Origin: Octopus sinensis
Taxonomy: Eukaryota
Direction of reading: 5' to 3'
DNA: 64,000 nt
Assembly: GCF_006345805.1 (NCBI RefSeq)
Contig: NC_042999.1
Span: 1,116,001 to 1,180,000 of the forward strand
Below, piece by piece: positions 39,400 through 52,197 of the stretch. Within the stretch, counting starts at the first letter, position 1, and each line of letters begins with the position of its first letter. Made by a program: the position numbers and the translations under genes. The notes beneath the pieces are model-generated. The model ran no database searches and had not been told where the DNA came from. It saw nothing but the letters and a program-made list of their open reading frames with translations.

Positions 39400-39925
39400 T
39401 TACTATTATTATTATTATCATTATTATTATTATTGTTATTATTATTATTGTTATTATTATTATTATCATTATTATTATTATTATCATTAATATTATTATT
39501 ATTATTATTATCATTATCATTAATATTATTATTATTATCCTTATTATTATTATCATTATTATTATATCATATTATTAATTATTATTATATTATATTATTA
39601 TTCCGTTATCATTGATATTATATTATATTATTATATTATTATTATTATTATTTATCATTATTATTATTATTATCATTAATATATTATTATTATTATTATT
39701 ATTATTATTATCATTATTATTATTATTATCATTATTATTATTATTATTGTCTTATTATTATTATCATTATTATTATTATCATTATTATTATATTATTATT
39801 ATTATTATATTATTATTATTATCATTAATATTATTATTATTATTATTATTATCATTATTATTATTATTTATCATTAATATTATTATTATTATTATGAATT
39901 ATTATTATTATCATTATTATTATTA

Positions 39926-39958
<33 letters not shown>

Positions 39959-40072
39959 TATCATATTATTATTATAATATTATTAATATTAATTATTATT
40001 ATTATTATATTAATTATATTATTATTTTTATTATTATTATTTTTTCATTATTATTATTATTATTATCATTAA

Positions 40073-40111
<39 letters not shown>

Positions 40112-40132
40112 CATTATTATTATTTATTATCA

Positions 40133-40176
<44 letters not shown>

Positions 40177-40250
40177 CATTATTTTATTATTATTATTATT
40201 ATTATTATTATCATCATCATCATCAAAAGCATCACATCATCATCATTTTT
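39400..40250. repeat. ~850-bp (ATT)n microsatellite
   Basis: Direct reading. Confidence 0.95.
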
Positions 40251-40373
40251 ATTATTTGTAGGGTAAAAATCTATTTGATTTTTATGAAGTCTGTCTTACA
40301 GAAGAAATTGAACAGATCCTGCCTTTCTACGCTCAATTTCCCTCCAGTTTCATATTCTCCAGTTCATTGGCTG

Positions 40374-40601
40374 TTGTTGTTGTTTTTGTTGTTGTTGTTT
40401 TTGTTGTTGTTGTTGTTGTTGTTGTTGCTAAGCAACAAGACGGGTAAGGGTGATTAGGTGATGGTCTAGGGCTTTGGGGTGGGAGACCCCAGACCTTAGA
40501 GGAAAAAAAAAAACTTTGGTCGTCTTGTTGTAGTCGAGGGCTCTTCGTTGACGCCCGACACCACTGGGAATGGAGATCTCCAGGTCCAAATTCTTGAACC
40601 G
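40374..40601 (-). mobile_element. ~200-bp retroposon with (CAA)n tail
   Basis: Perfect 15-bp TSD ccagttcattggctg at 40359-40373 and 40602-40616. Confidence 0.8.
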
Positions 40602-41109
40602 CCAGTTCATTGGCTGACAGAGAAGGTACGTGATTTAGTGGTTAAGTTATTACACTCACGGTCTTACAGTCGTCGTTTCGATTCCTGCTCCGGGTACTGC
40701 GTTGTTTTCTTGAGCAAAACACTTCATTTCAAATTGCTCCATTCCTTAAAGTTAAGTTACAGAATGTATTAAAAGACAACCTTATCATATAAACGTATGT
40801 TTCACTAGTTTCACTCGTTACATTGAGGCTGGGGAAACGCCTCGAAGAATTTTAGTCGAATGAATCGACTCCAGTACTTTTTTCTCTTAATAATTAACAA
40901 ATCGCTTAGTTATGGAGACATAAACAAACCAACACCGGTTGCAATGCAGCAGTGGGAGACAAACAGAGACACAAAGACACATATAAAACATATATATATA
41001 TATATAAAGTTAATCCAAACATGAAAGCACAAAGAGAAAACACAACAACGCGAGGACGTGGAACAAGTATAGTGTTATTGGATGCTCAGGAAAGAAGGAA
41101 AGAAGGAGG

Positions 41110-41144
41110 GTTTAACGTTTCGAGCGGAGCTCTTCGTCAGAAAC
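41110..41144 (-). ncRNA. Minimal type I hammerhead ribozyme, CUGANGA/GAAA intact with one extra A before stem II
   Basis: Minus strand: GUUU-CUGACGA-A-GAGC ucc GCUC-GAA-ACGU-U-AAAC. Confidence 0.65.
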
Positions 41145-41219
41145 ATAGGAGAAGGAAAGATCCAGAGAAGGGAAGACAGAGGAGAAAAAAAATCGCCAAC
41201 GGTACACACGAGGTCACAT

Positions 41220-41253
<34 letters not shown>

Positions 41254-41267
41254 TATGTGTGTGTGTG

Positions 41268-41309
<42 letters not shown>

Positions 41310-41521
41310 ATAATTATTATTTGAGGGATTAAAATCCAAAACATGCAAGGAAAAATATACGTTTTTATTATTATTTTTTGCAATTTACTTAATCATTGAC
41401 ATTTTATTGTTATTTTAATTTTAATATTTCTATTATATGTAATTTTCTAGATGGTGTAATTTAATTGTTCATTTTGAATTGATAAAAGGTGTTTTTTATC
41501 TAATTTTATATATCGTGTCTC

Positions 41522-41577
<56 letters not shown>

Positions 41578-42013
41578 GACACGATGGGCTTATTTCAGTT
41601 TCCGTCTACCAAATCCACTCACAAAGCCTTAGTTGGCCTGAAAAGCTATAGTAGAAGTTATTTGCCCAAGATTCCACGCAGTGTGACTGAACCCGGAACC
41701 ATGTGGTTGGGAAACAAACAAAGCTACGCCTGCAAATATTTAACGAAAATACAAGATAGAAATTGAAGAACAGGATTTGGATGCTTTGTATCTTTCATTT
41801 TACATCAGACGATTGCGTATGTTCTGTGACACAACTTCATTTTTTTTTTACACTAGTTGTTTACATGATTTACAATGGACGGATAGGTCTCCTCATCTTT
41901 TTTGTTGTTATCACAACGTTTCAGCTGATGTACTCTCCAGCCTTCATCATGTGGTCTCGAGGAATTTCCAACCCAACCCTTTATTTGACTAAAGAGATGA
42001 AGAATTATGTACG

Positions 42014-42191
42014 TTATTTACATTAATTACATTTGGCGGATATTTGTCCTCATCTTGTTTGTTGTTAACACAAATTTTCCGCCGATATACCCACCAGCCT
42101 TCATCAGGTGCATATGTGGCGCAATGGTTAAGAGCGCGGGCTACTAACCCCAAGATTCCGAGTTCGATTCCAAGCAGTAACCTGAACGATA

Positions 42192-42226
<35 letters not shown>

Positions 42227-42446
42227 AATAATGATGATAATAATAACATCGAAAAATACCTTAGGAATGAGAACCCAGGTTTCAAATTTCCCCAAGAATC
42301 CTGTTGAAGGCTGGAGGGTATATCCGTCAAATGTAAAAAATGTCAGTAATGTAAATAATTATTTTTCAAGTGCCTGCTTGGGATCGAAATTAGAATCCGA
42401 GAGTTAGTAGCCAGCGCTCTTATTCACTACGGTATATGCCCGTGGG
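42014..42446 (+). mobile_element. tRNA-headed, HHR-tailed composite SINE (family D) with inverted partial copies on both sides
   Basis: Inverted tail 42014-42110; forward head-(AAT)n-tail 42111-42362; inverted head 42368-42446. Confidence 0.75.
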
Positions 42447-42584
42447 TAATTATGGAGTGAATTTAAGAGCCTATACACCTACTATTTTATCTTTTCTTAA
42501 TATTGGTTCCCATATTACATTCATATCTGCATTAGGCCTGTTTAGGGGATTATTATGTCCTAGCTATCCATCCATTGTAAATAT

Positions 42585-42735
42585 AGGCGTAGGAGTGGCT
42601 GTGTGGTAGGTAGCTTGCTTACTAACCACATGGTTCCGGGTTCAGTCTTACTGTGTGGCACCTTCGGCAAATGTCTTCTACTATAGCCTTAGGTAAGTAG
42701 ATTTGGTAGACGGAAACCTAAAGAAGTCCGTCGTA
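42585..42735 (+). mobile_element. SINE family A, 5' half
   Basis: taggcgtaggagtggctgtgtggtaggtagcttgc...gacggaaacc. Confidence 0.8.
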
Positions 42736-42793
<58 letters not shown>

Positions 42794-43075
42794 TATATAT
42801 ATTGTTTATTGTTGTGTCTGGGGAGAGTTATCCTCTTTTAGTGCCTTATCATTTAACACACTCACGGTAAAGTTTCCACTTATTTATTTATTTTTCTACA
42901 ACTTTCGTTGCGTCTTGCAACCTTTTCAATAGTCGTTGAAATAAGTTTCAACACACGAACTCACATAAAGAATCTTGCAAACCAAATCCAAAAACAAAAT
43001 ACGAAATATACATATATATATATATAATATACACGTATATGTATGTATGTATGTATGTATGTATGGTAAGTATGT

Positions 43076-43614
43076 CAGGTCTTTTTCGAGTACAACCTGT
43101 TGCATGGTCGGGTCATCGGCGGGTCATCGGCGACTAAACCGGCAACCCCACCAAGCTTGCTTGGTGAGGAGGGTATTTATTAGACACCCTGCAGGATGAA
43201 AAACAAAACCCGTCAAAGGGCGGAGGAACTCTTGAGCGTCAACGGCCATCCAATAAATGTCTTAAGGATGTATCATGCGCGGGGACATAGAAATAATTGG
43301 ACTGAATACCCGATCGCGCGTTTAAACCATTGGGAGTGAAGGACTCCTAGGCTTTGTTAGGGCATCCTTCTAGAAGAAGGTAACTCAGGTAACGGGGATA
43401 ACTCTGACATAAAACCTGCGGCTCAGTGGTTACCGATGATGTTGATTTGTTCTTTTTTCGGATTATGGCTACTGTTGCTTAGTGAGTAGGATTGACTCAG
43501 TGCACAGCCTTTCCTTGCTTTAAAAAAAAATCTTCTTGCACAGGCATTGCACGATAACAGCATTGATTAAGTTTCGTGCAATTGGCCATACTCGATAACG
43601 AGGGGGCAGCCACC
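43076..43614 (+). mobile_element. Non-coding retroposon resembling an RTE 5'UTR, with a 13-bp flanking duplication
   Basis: atggtaagtatgt at 43063-43075 and 43615-43627; related fragment at 8345-8395 in opposite orientation. Confidence 0.4.
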
Positions 43615-44160
43615 ATGGTAAGTATGTATGTATGTATGTATATAACTTATTATTCCGTTATAGGTATAATATTCAAATTTCCAGGCATTTTAAAAACTAG
43701 TAACTCCTAATCTCTGGAATATATTAAACTACAATTGACAAAAACAGAGATTCTGAAATATAATCAGAGAAAATTTTACGAAAATGTCTTTTCGTTAATT
43801 AGAAAGACGATCTCCAATTGGCAAGTGCTAAATTTGACTGGACGATTTACTTAAGGTTGTTATCGACATGGTATTTTGCTTTGGCACCTTTAAATGCATG
43901 AAATCCGCTTCATCATTCAGTTTACTCTGTCAAGTGTGAAAAGAATGAAGAAATTTAGGAAAGTTCCCTTGAAAAATATCTTGGTCGTCTGCCATATTTC
44001 ACCAGAATTGGGCGGCAAAATTTCGATTTAATTTCGGTCGGCTAATTCACCAGTAAAAATAGTTAGGAATTGGTTTCCAATGCTGCTGCATAAGAAATAC
44101 GAGAATCTGCTAAATCCGAACTCGTGTGTGTGTGTGTGTGTGTGTAACTGCATGCCCACT

Positions 44161-44208
<48 letters not shown>

Positions 44209-44214
44209 CACTCT

Positions 44215-44599
44215 AGGCACAAGGTCCGAAAGTTTGGGGAGGGGACCAGTCGATTAGAGCGACCCCAGTACGCAACTGGTACTTAATTTATCGACGCCGA
44301 AGGGATGAAATGCAAAGTCGACCTCGGCGGAATTTAAACTCAGAACGTAAAGACAGACGAAATACCTATTTCTTTACTGCCCACAAGGAGCTAAACACAC
44401 ACAGGACAAACAAGGACAGACAAACGGATTAAGTCGATTATATCGACCACAGTGCGTAACTGGTACTTATTTAATCGACCCCGAAAGGATGAAAGGCAAA
44501 GTCGACCTCGGCGGAATTTGAACTCAGAACGTAGCGGCAGACGAAATACCGCTAAGCATTTCGCCCGGCGTGCTAACGTTTCTGCCAGCTCTCCGCCTT
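44215..44599 (-). mobile_element. SINE family B, dimeric form
   Basis: Head plus two body units, with the same junction as the 18140 and 22356 copies. Confidence 0.9.
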
Positions 44600-44611
44600 A
44601 TATATACATAT

Positions 44612-44939
44612 AAAATATGATGGTAGTGGAAGAGTACCGGCTTTGCTAGAGATAGAAGTCAAAAGACCTCCGAAGTTATTGAGAGCTTACTTAAAAATAA
44701 TTATGATGAAAATCGGGCAAGGAATAAAAATTAGGCACCTACCATTGCGAAGATCGCAGAGGAAATGGCAGATAACTAAAATACTGGCTTCGGGCTCTGA
44801 ATTGAACATCCTTATCCCATCATTTCTTAAGCTTACCGTGAGAGAAGCCAAATTCAAATATACTTTTAATTGAGCTCTCTCTGGCTTCGGAGGACTTTTG
44901 ACTAGCAAAGCTGGTACTCTTCTAGTACCATCATATTTT
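44612..44939. mobile_element. MITE with ~70-bp imperfect terminal inverted repeats
   Basis: aaaatatgatggta...gaagagtacc.gctttgctag...tcaaaag.cctccgaag is mirrored at 44870-44939. Confidence 0.7.
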
Positions 44940-45014
44940 TAAAACTTACCTGCACAGTTTACACTAATATTTAAAATAGCTACTAATATTTAAAATTTTA
45001 ATAAAATATTTGTG

Positions 45015-45055
<41 letters not shown>

Positions 45056-45073
45056 ATGTATATATATATATAT

Positions 45074-45476
45074 ATACTCTTTTACTTGTTTCAGTCATCT
45101 GACTCCGGCCATGCTGGAGCACCGCCTTTAATCGAGCAACTCGACCCCGGGACTATTCTTTGTAAGCCCAGTACTATTCTATCGGTCTCTTTTGCCGAAC
45201 CGCTAAGTAACGGAGACATAAACACACCAGCATCGGTTGTCAAGCAATGCTAGGGGGACAACACAGACACACAAACACACACAGGCATTATATATATTAT
45301 ATATACATATATACGACGGGCTTCTTTCGTTTCCCTCTACCAAATCCACTCACAAGGCTTTGGTCGGCCCGAGGCTATAGTAGAAGACACTTGCCCAAGG
45401 TGCCACGCAGTGGGACTGAACCCGGGACCATGTGGTTGGTAAACAAGCTACTTACCACACAGCCACTCCTGCGCCT
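45074..45476 (-). mobile_element. SINE family A, full length
   Basis: Reverse complement of the family consensus. Confidence 0.9.
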
Positions 45477-45519
45477 ATATATATATATATATATATATAT
45501 ACACAAATATATTATTACA

Positions 45520-45556
<37 letters not shown>

Positions 45557-45981
45557 TAATAATAATAATAATGATGATGATGATGATGATAATAGGGAAT
45601 ATGATTCCAAACTTACTGGGAAAAATTCAATTTAGTAATACTAAATCAAATTTCACAATATGTAATACATGTATATAAATTAGAGAAGAACCACCATGTA
45701 GCAATTCCACAATGGTATACTTAACTCATACCAAATAGAAAAAAATTAAAGATGCGATAAAACATTTGCCTAGAACTAAATAAAGCACGAAATAATAAAT
45801 AGTATATAATTATATACTATTTGTCTTTACTTTTTTCTCTATGGTATGATTTAAGTATATCATTGTTGAATTGCTACATGGTTGTTCTTCTCTAATTTGT
45901 ATACATATATATATATATTAGAGGACATCTTGAGGCAAATATCGCAGTAATTGGCGTTCTAACAAAATATTTGTATCTAAA

Positions 45982-46496
45982 CTAGCAGTATCGCCCGGCG
46001 TTGCTCGGGTTTGTAAGGGAAATAACTATATAAGCATTTTTAGAGAGTTACTTCCCTTATAGATGCCAATTCGGGCTTTCTTAGCCATTTCTGTTTTGGT
46101 GTCTTCAAGCCATGAAGTCGTTGTTCTAAAAGAACGCTGGTCTCTTTGACAACGCTTTACGACGTTGATTTCCTTACACTCCCTTCCCCACAGCTTCACC
46201 GAGGGAGGGAGGAAGGGGGAGAAGCAAACAGGTGCAGATGTGAGCGTGGACGCCAACTCCGCCGCCATCGACACACGAAAAATTATGCATTAAAATGGAA
46301 TAAAAAATGATGTTAAATTATTTTTAAAATCGTAGACTCATCGGAAGACGCGCGCTAATACCCAGACGGGCTCGATATAAATCACGACTATAAGATACCC
46401 GAATTTGGTTAAACTGCACCGCAAAATGTGGGAGTAGTTAGGAATCTAAATCGAAGGGGACAGGCACTCACACAACTACAGTTTTATATATATAGA
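45982..46496 (-). mobile_element. Non-autonomous Helitron, complete, with an extra ~215-bp internal module
   Basis: 5' TC(tatatatataaaa) at 46496; 3' hairpin plus CTAG at 45982. Confidence 0.85.
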
Positions 46497-47155
46497 TATG
46501 GCACTTTGGTACTAGCTCAGCCTCTGTCAGTAATAGTTACTTTTCAACATTCAATATTCCAAGCATAGACAGTCTAATAATGATAACTTCAACCATCAAA
46601 CGAGAAACATCAATAATAATAATAAAAAATTCATCTTGTGTCACGTACAGATACAATAGTTAGATAATTACACCCCACTCCTCCCAAAAACAAAACAGAC
46701 GTACATACGTTTCGAAATTAACAAGACTAGTATATCTCAGACAAATTAAGAAATATATTCGGCTTCAATATTGTAAACTCCGCAGATTAATAAAACTTAC
46801 AATGAAACTAAATGCAAACAACGCGTAAATATCAATACATTATCTGCTCCAGTAATAAGTTATAATTCTGTCTCAATGAAATGTTAACTAGATTGGCAAG
46901 TCTAGACTGGAATGCAGCTAACATTGCGTCTTTAGAATGCAGTACCCAAAATACGACTCAAAAAGTATATATAAATATATATAGCTAGCTAGCTATAGAC
47001 AGATAGATAAATATGGATGCATATATATGTATATGTATGTGTGTATATATATATATACGTGTGTGTGTGTGTGTGTATGTATGCATATATGTATGTATGT
47101 AAATATATATATACTTATATATATATAAATATATATATATAGATATATATATGTA

Positions 47156-47191
<36 letters not shown>

Positions 47192-48519
47192 CCATACATA
47201 TTATGTATGTGTGTGTGTGGGTGTATGTAAGCATATATGTATATAAATATATATATATAAGTATGTATGTATATGTATATATATATATGTAATATATAAT
47301 ACAATATATATATATCTATATATTATATTATATATATATATAATATATATATATATAATATATATATTATATATATAGTGTACATTTAAATACATAAGAG
47401 ATGGCCAAATCGGGCGTCTAAGCCGCTAGAAGGAGTAGTTAAAATCCAAGCCACAATTTAGGAGTAATTTCGAAAGGGAATGAAAAATAATAACATTTAC
47501 CATCTATTTCTTGGACCATGCTTTCAAGCTATCTTCAGCAAATAAAGTGATTTTCTAGGCGAAGCTCTCATCAGCAGGAAAGCCAAAGAGGCAATACAGA
47601 ACATTCCTCGTGCTTACATGTTATAATTTTTCAAATCCACCACGCAAGCGCAGTTTTTTATCGGCAGGAAATAGATATAATGCCGTTTTACTTTCAAAAT
47701 TAGCCAAAAAAATATTATTAATAAATTTCAGGGTAGTAAAATATTAGGATCTTTTCAGTTTGAAGGCCAGATTTTCTTAGTTAACTAAACAATTTGAAAC
47801 TTCGTATACTGGTAGAATGTGTCAAAAGAAAACATAATTGTAACCCAAAATGAAAACGGAATTGTAATTTCTAAGTTTAACGTTGTTTAATAATTCGAAT
47901 TTTAACCAATGGTATTCTTTCTTTCGACCTCATATTATTTACTGCATCTCAAAATATTGTTACTATGACGTAAACAGCTATTTTGTGACGTAGTTAACGT
48001 AAACATGTAAACAGACCTACAGATTCGTTTGTAACGTAAACATCCGCTCATCGTAAATAGCTAAATTCGCTTGGCATCGTACACAGCTTTTTCAGTTCCC
48101 TAGAATTATATTTCAAAGAAAATAAAAAGAAAAAGATTCATACGCATAAATATCCATCCTTAGACATCAGAAAATGAGTGTTTAAATTATTTTCCATGTT
48201 TCATTGCTTCACATTACATACATACATACATACACTACATACACATACATACATACATACACACATACATACATACTAAATTACATCGTTGGAGCAGTAA
48301 TTTATTTATTTATGTTTTTTGTTATACAATTTATTTTAAGCTGAATCCCTATCCTGCCATTAACCCCTTTCTTATAAAATAGTTGAAGAATCTGGGGTGT
48401 AGGTATTGGGCCAGTATTGGAACTTTTAACTTCTTGCTCTCTATCTTATGATCTCCGAAATTTAAGAATCTTGTGTTAACTCGGCTCTTATTATTTACTC
48501 TGACTCTGCCACCACCTCA

Positions 48520-48900
48520 ATGCAAAGACTATCAATATCAGAATCATCTTCACAACCACCACTACAACCATTACTACAACCTCGAATGCCACACCACAAC
48601 CATCTTCTGCAACCACAACCCCAAGATCAATACCAGCATCATATTCAAAATCACCTTCACCACCACTACACTCTGCAATGTCTTCAACTCTACCATCCAT
48701 GAGACATCCTAACATAATCAATGCTACTACTACTATCATCATCATTATCATCATCATCCACTGCCGCCACCACCACACACACCTCTACAAAAACACCAAC
48801 ACTATAATTTCTGCCATCATACACATCCACTGTCACCACTACACCACCACTGCCATGATAACCACATCTACCACCTCCAACACCATTGCCACCACTATCT
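48520..48900. repeat. Degenerate (CCA/CAT)n low-complexity tract
   Basis: Direct reading. Confidence 0.8.
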
Positions 48901-48954
48901 ATGAGACATCTAAGTTAGAAACTACTTTCACTTTCTAGTTGCTCTTTGAGTTTA

Positions 48955-49353
48955 TCCTTATATATAAAAGAGAGGTTGTGTGTCTGTCTCCTACGATTTA
49001 GATTCCTAACTACTCCCACATTTTGCGGTGCAGTTTAACCAAAACCGGGTATCTTATAGTCGTGATTCATATCGAGCCCTTCTGGGTATTAGCGCGCGTC
49101 TACGATGAGTCTACGATTAAAAAAAAAAAATTACCATCATTTTTTTCCATTTTAATGCATTTTTTCGATATTATATAAGGGAAGTAACTCTCTAAAAATG
49201 TCTACGATGAGTCAACGATTTAAAAAAAAATTTACCATCATTTTTTTCCATTTTTAATGCATTTTTTTTGCTATTTTTTGGCTATAACTCTCTAAAAATG
49301 CTTATATAGTTATTTCCCTTACAAACCCGAGCAACGCCGGGCGATACTGCTAG
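48955..49353 (+). mobile_element. Non-autonomous Helitron, complete
   Basis: A|TCcttatatataaaag...cccgagcaacgccgggcgatactgCTAG|T; inserted between A and T, no TSD. Confidence 0.9.
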
Positions 49354-50428
49354 TTATATCTAATCTATCTCTCTAAAAGATGCAAAGCAAGTAGCATTAA
49401 ATGGTGAATGGATGTGAGCAGAAAGAGAGTAAGTTCCATTCCAGTTTACAACAATTATAGAATTATTCTCAAACCATAAATGAAGGGTGGAGAGGAGTGA
49501 AGGAGGAGTCATGTTTCCTCTGAGGGGTTACAGAAGTAATAAGCACTGAAAAGTGGAGTTTGCGTTATTATTTTTTTCATAGTTTACAATTATTTCTACA
49601 AATTCATTTTGACTTATCTTCAATCATGTTTATAAACGTGACCGCTGTGCCGTCCACTATAAACATTGATTAATGTCCTATATTTAAGCGATAGACAAAC
49701 ACTTCAGCATATTATTTTTTGTAGAGAGTTGCGAGGGATCATTTCTATGAACGGGGTATCTGTACAACGGATATGACTACATCATTAATTGTGGAGTCGT
49801 TTAAAAACACGATGCAAGATTAAGTCAACATGGAATTTTTGAAACAATCAAATTGTTCTATATTTTAGAGATGAGGAATTCTGTACAATATTTACATTGG
49901 ACGGATATTTGTCCTCATCTTGTTTGTTGCTACCACAAAATTTCGGCTTCATCAGGTGTCCTGGTAGAATTTTGAATCCAACCCTAGGTTCTAAGGTGCC
50001 ACGCAGTGTGAATGAACCCGAAACTATGTGGCTGGTATGGCCGGTCAGGGAGTCACCTTTGCTTTCGCGCCTTTTACGTTCTTAGCCGTGGGAGACGTCT
50101 ATATTGCTAAGAGTATAAAAAGTGTGAAACCAATGGTAACGTCCTGACTGGTCGTAAACCACAACTACATTAGATATTACTACGATATATCTAAAAAAAA
50201 CATTTACTTGTCTCAGTCATTCGACATATTCTATCGGTTAATTTCGTCGAACTTCTAAGTTGCGGGGATGGAAAGGAAGTCAACAAGCGGTTGTCTGGGA
50301 CAAGCACGAAGCTAGCCCCCTCCGGCCCACAAACACGTATATACGACGGGCTTTTTTCAGTTTCCATCGTCCAAATCTATTTGACCTAGTGACCAGGCAG
50401 CAAACTTCTTGTCACACAGTCACTCCTA

Positions 50429-50525
<97 letters not shown>

Positions 50526-51163
50526 TATATATACACGTCCCCGTAGCTTAGCGTTTTGGAAAAAGAAACCGATAGAATAAGTGCTAGGGTTCCAAAGAGT
50601 AAGTCCTGGGGTCGATTTCTATAACTAAAAAACCTTCAAACTCTGCTTGTTGTTCTTTCACCTGTCTTCGTCGTTTGTTTTCTGTAAATTTGAACTACAA
50701 CACACGCGCGCGCGCGCGCACACACACACGCACACTCACATACACACACACGCACACATACACACGCACACACACATATATATATAGGTAAAAGATTAAT
50801 GAGTGCGTGCGTTACATAAATAATATCTTCAGGATTAAATAAAAAGACAACAAACGGAAAATATGACATATCTATATATATATAATTAAAAATAAACGTA
50901 TTGTAAATAAACAAACGAACACATACTAAATGCACAGGCGAACAGGAAACACACAAGGTCACAAATTCTTCATCAGTTATCAGCAAGAGGAGTCAAACGC
51001 AATTTCGGGCATTATCGATACTATTGTTTCTTTCGCTGTTCGCAAAAAAGTTCGTATTCCATATTTTCGTATTTCGTATTTCCTGTTGTTTACCTTCTGT
51101 GACGTCCTGAACCCATATATGCATATGTATATACATATATATGTAAGTATATACATACACACA

Positions 51164-51195
<32 letters not shown>

Positions 51196-51198
51196 ATA

Positions 51199-51243
<45 letters not shown>

Positions 51244-51765
51244 TATCTATAAACATTACAATTGTTTCGACACATTTTTACACTTGTTCATTGGTGAGAT
51301 GTTGTGTAATCATTATCACCAATTCAAGGTGTGAAATGCACCTTCTTTGAGTAAGACTTTATACGAGCTTTATATAGCATACCACAAGGGTTTTACCCGT
51401 ATATTTACTCGCGTATGTGTGTATATGTATAAAAGCGGGCAAGTAGACACACGAAGACAGAAAGTGTCGCTGAAGAGTTCACAGAGGTGTGACGAAAGAT
51501 TTCCGGACGATAAACATAAATTAGAATAAGAACAGTAAAAATGAGTGAAAAGGGAATTATATAGTGCGCCTGTTTATTGGCAAAAAGAGGGAAAAAATAA
51601 CTATCTCGAAATACAACAATATCTGTTTCAACGCACGGTTTCACATCAAGAATCTTGCAGCACACATATATAAAAGGATATATTTACAGAAAACAACAAA
51701 AGACGAAGACAGGTGCAGGAAGGAATAACAAGCAGGTGCATTAGTTTGACTGAATATATATAGAG

Positions 51766-51866
51766 AATACCAAACGAGTTCCCTATGGATACCGTATTTA
51801 TTACAACGAGTGGCTTGTAAACGAGTTGTAATAAATACGGTATCCATAGGGAATGAGTTTGGTATT
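51766..51866. repeat. Palindrome with 42-bp arms (39/42 matches) and a 17-bp spacer
   Basis: aataccaaac...tttattacaac / gttgtaataaa...gtttggtatt. Confidence 0.85.
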
Positions 51867-51869
51867 TTA

Positions 51870-52135
51870 TTTATTACACACGAATAAACGACCATATTTT
51901 ATTAACCCAATAACTAAATTCTTCACGTTTAGTTGTAACTTATGAATGACAAAAGTAGTGCCGTCACCGTGACGTCGGGTCATCACCATGGATTGACCAA
52001 TCAGAAGCAGCGCTGTCACCGTGACCTCGGGTCATCACCATGGATTGACCAATCAGAAGCAGCGCTCGCAGTATCTGACATATGTTAGATACCAAAAATA
52101 TCTCAAAGTGTTCTCACTCACATGTGTGTAATAAA
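51870..52135. mobile_element. MITE-like element with 12-bp TIRs and an internal ~52-bp tandem duplication
   Basis: tttattacacac / gtgtgtaataaa; gtcaccgtgac.tcgggtcatcaccatggattgaccaatcagaagcagcgct x2. Confidence 0.6.
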
Positions 52136-52197
52136 TATATATATATATATATTTAGTGTAGGAAGAAACGAAGATTTAACAAAATTCCTTTTTATTA

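Noticed and set aside
43130-43180. HDV-like ribozyme suggested by CCCUCCUCACC on the minus strand
   Set aside because: The P3 partner and nested pseudoknot could not be paired
51252-51357. Additional hammerhead (minus strand; long stem II, ACAAUUGU stem III, GUA)
   Set aside because: The core reads CUCAAAGA and stem I does not pair; probably a decayed relic, not claimed as a ribozyme
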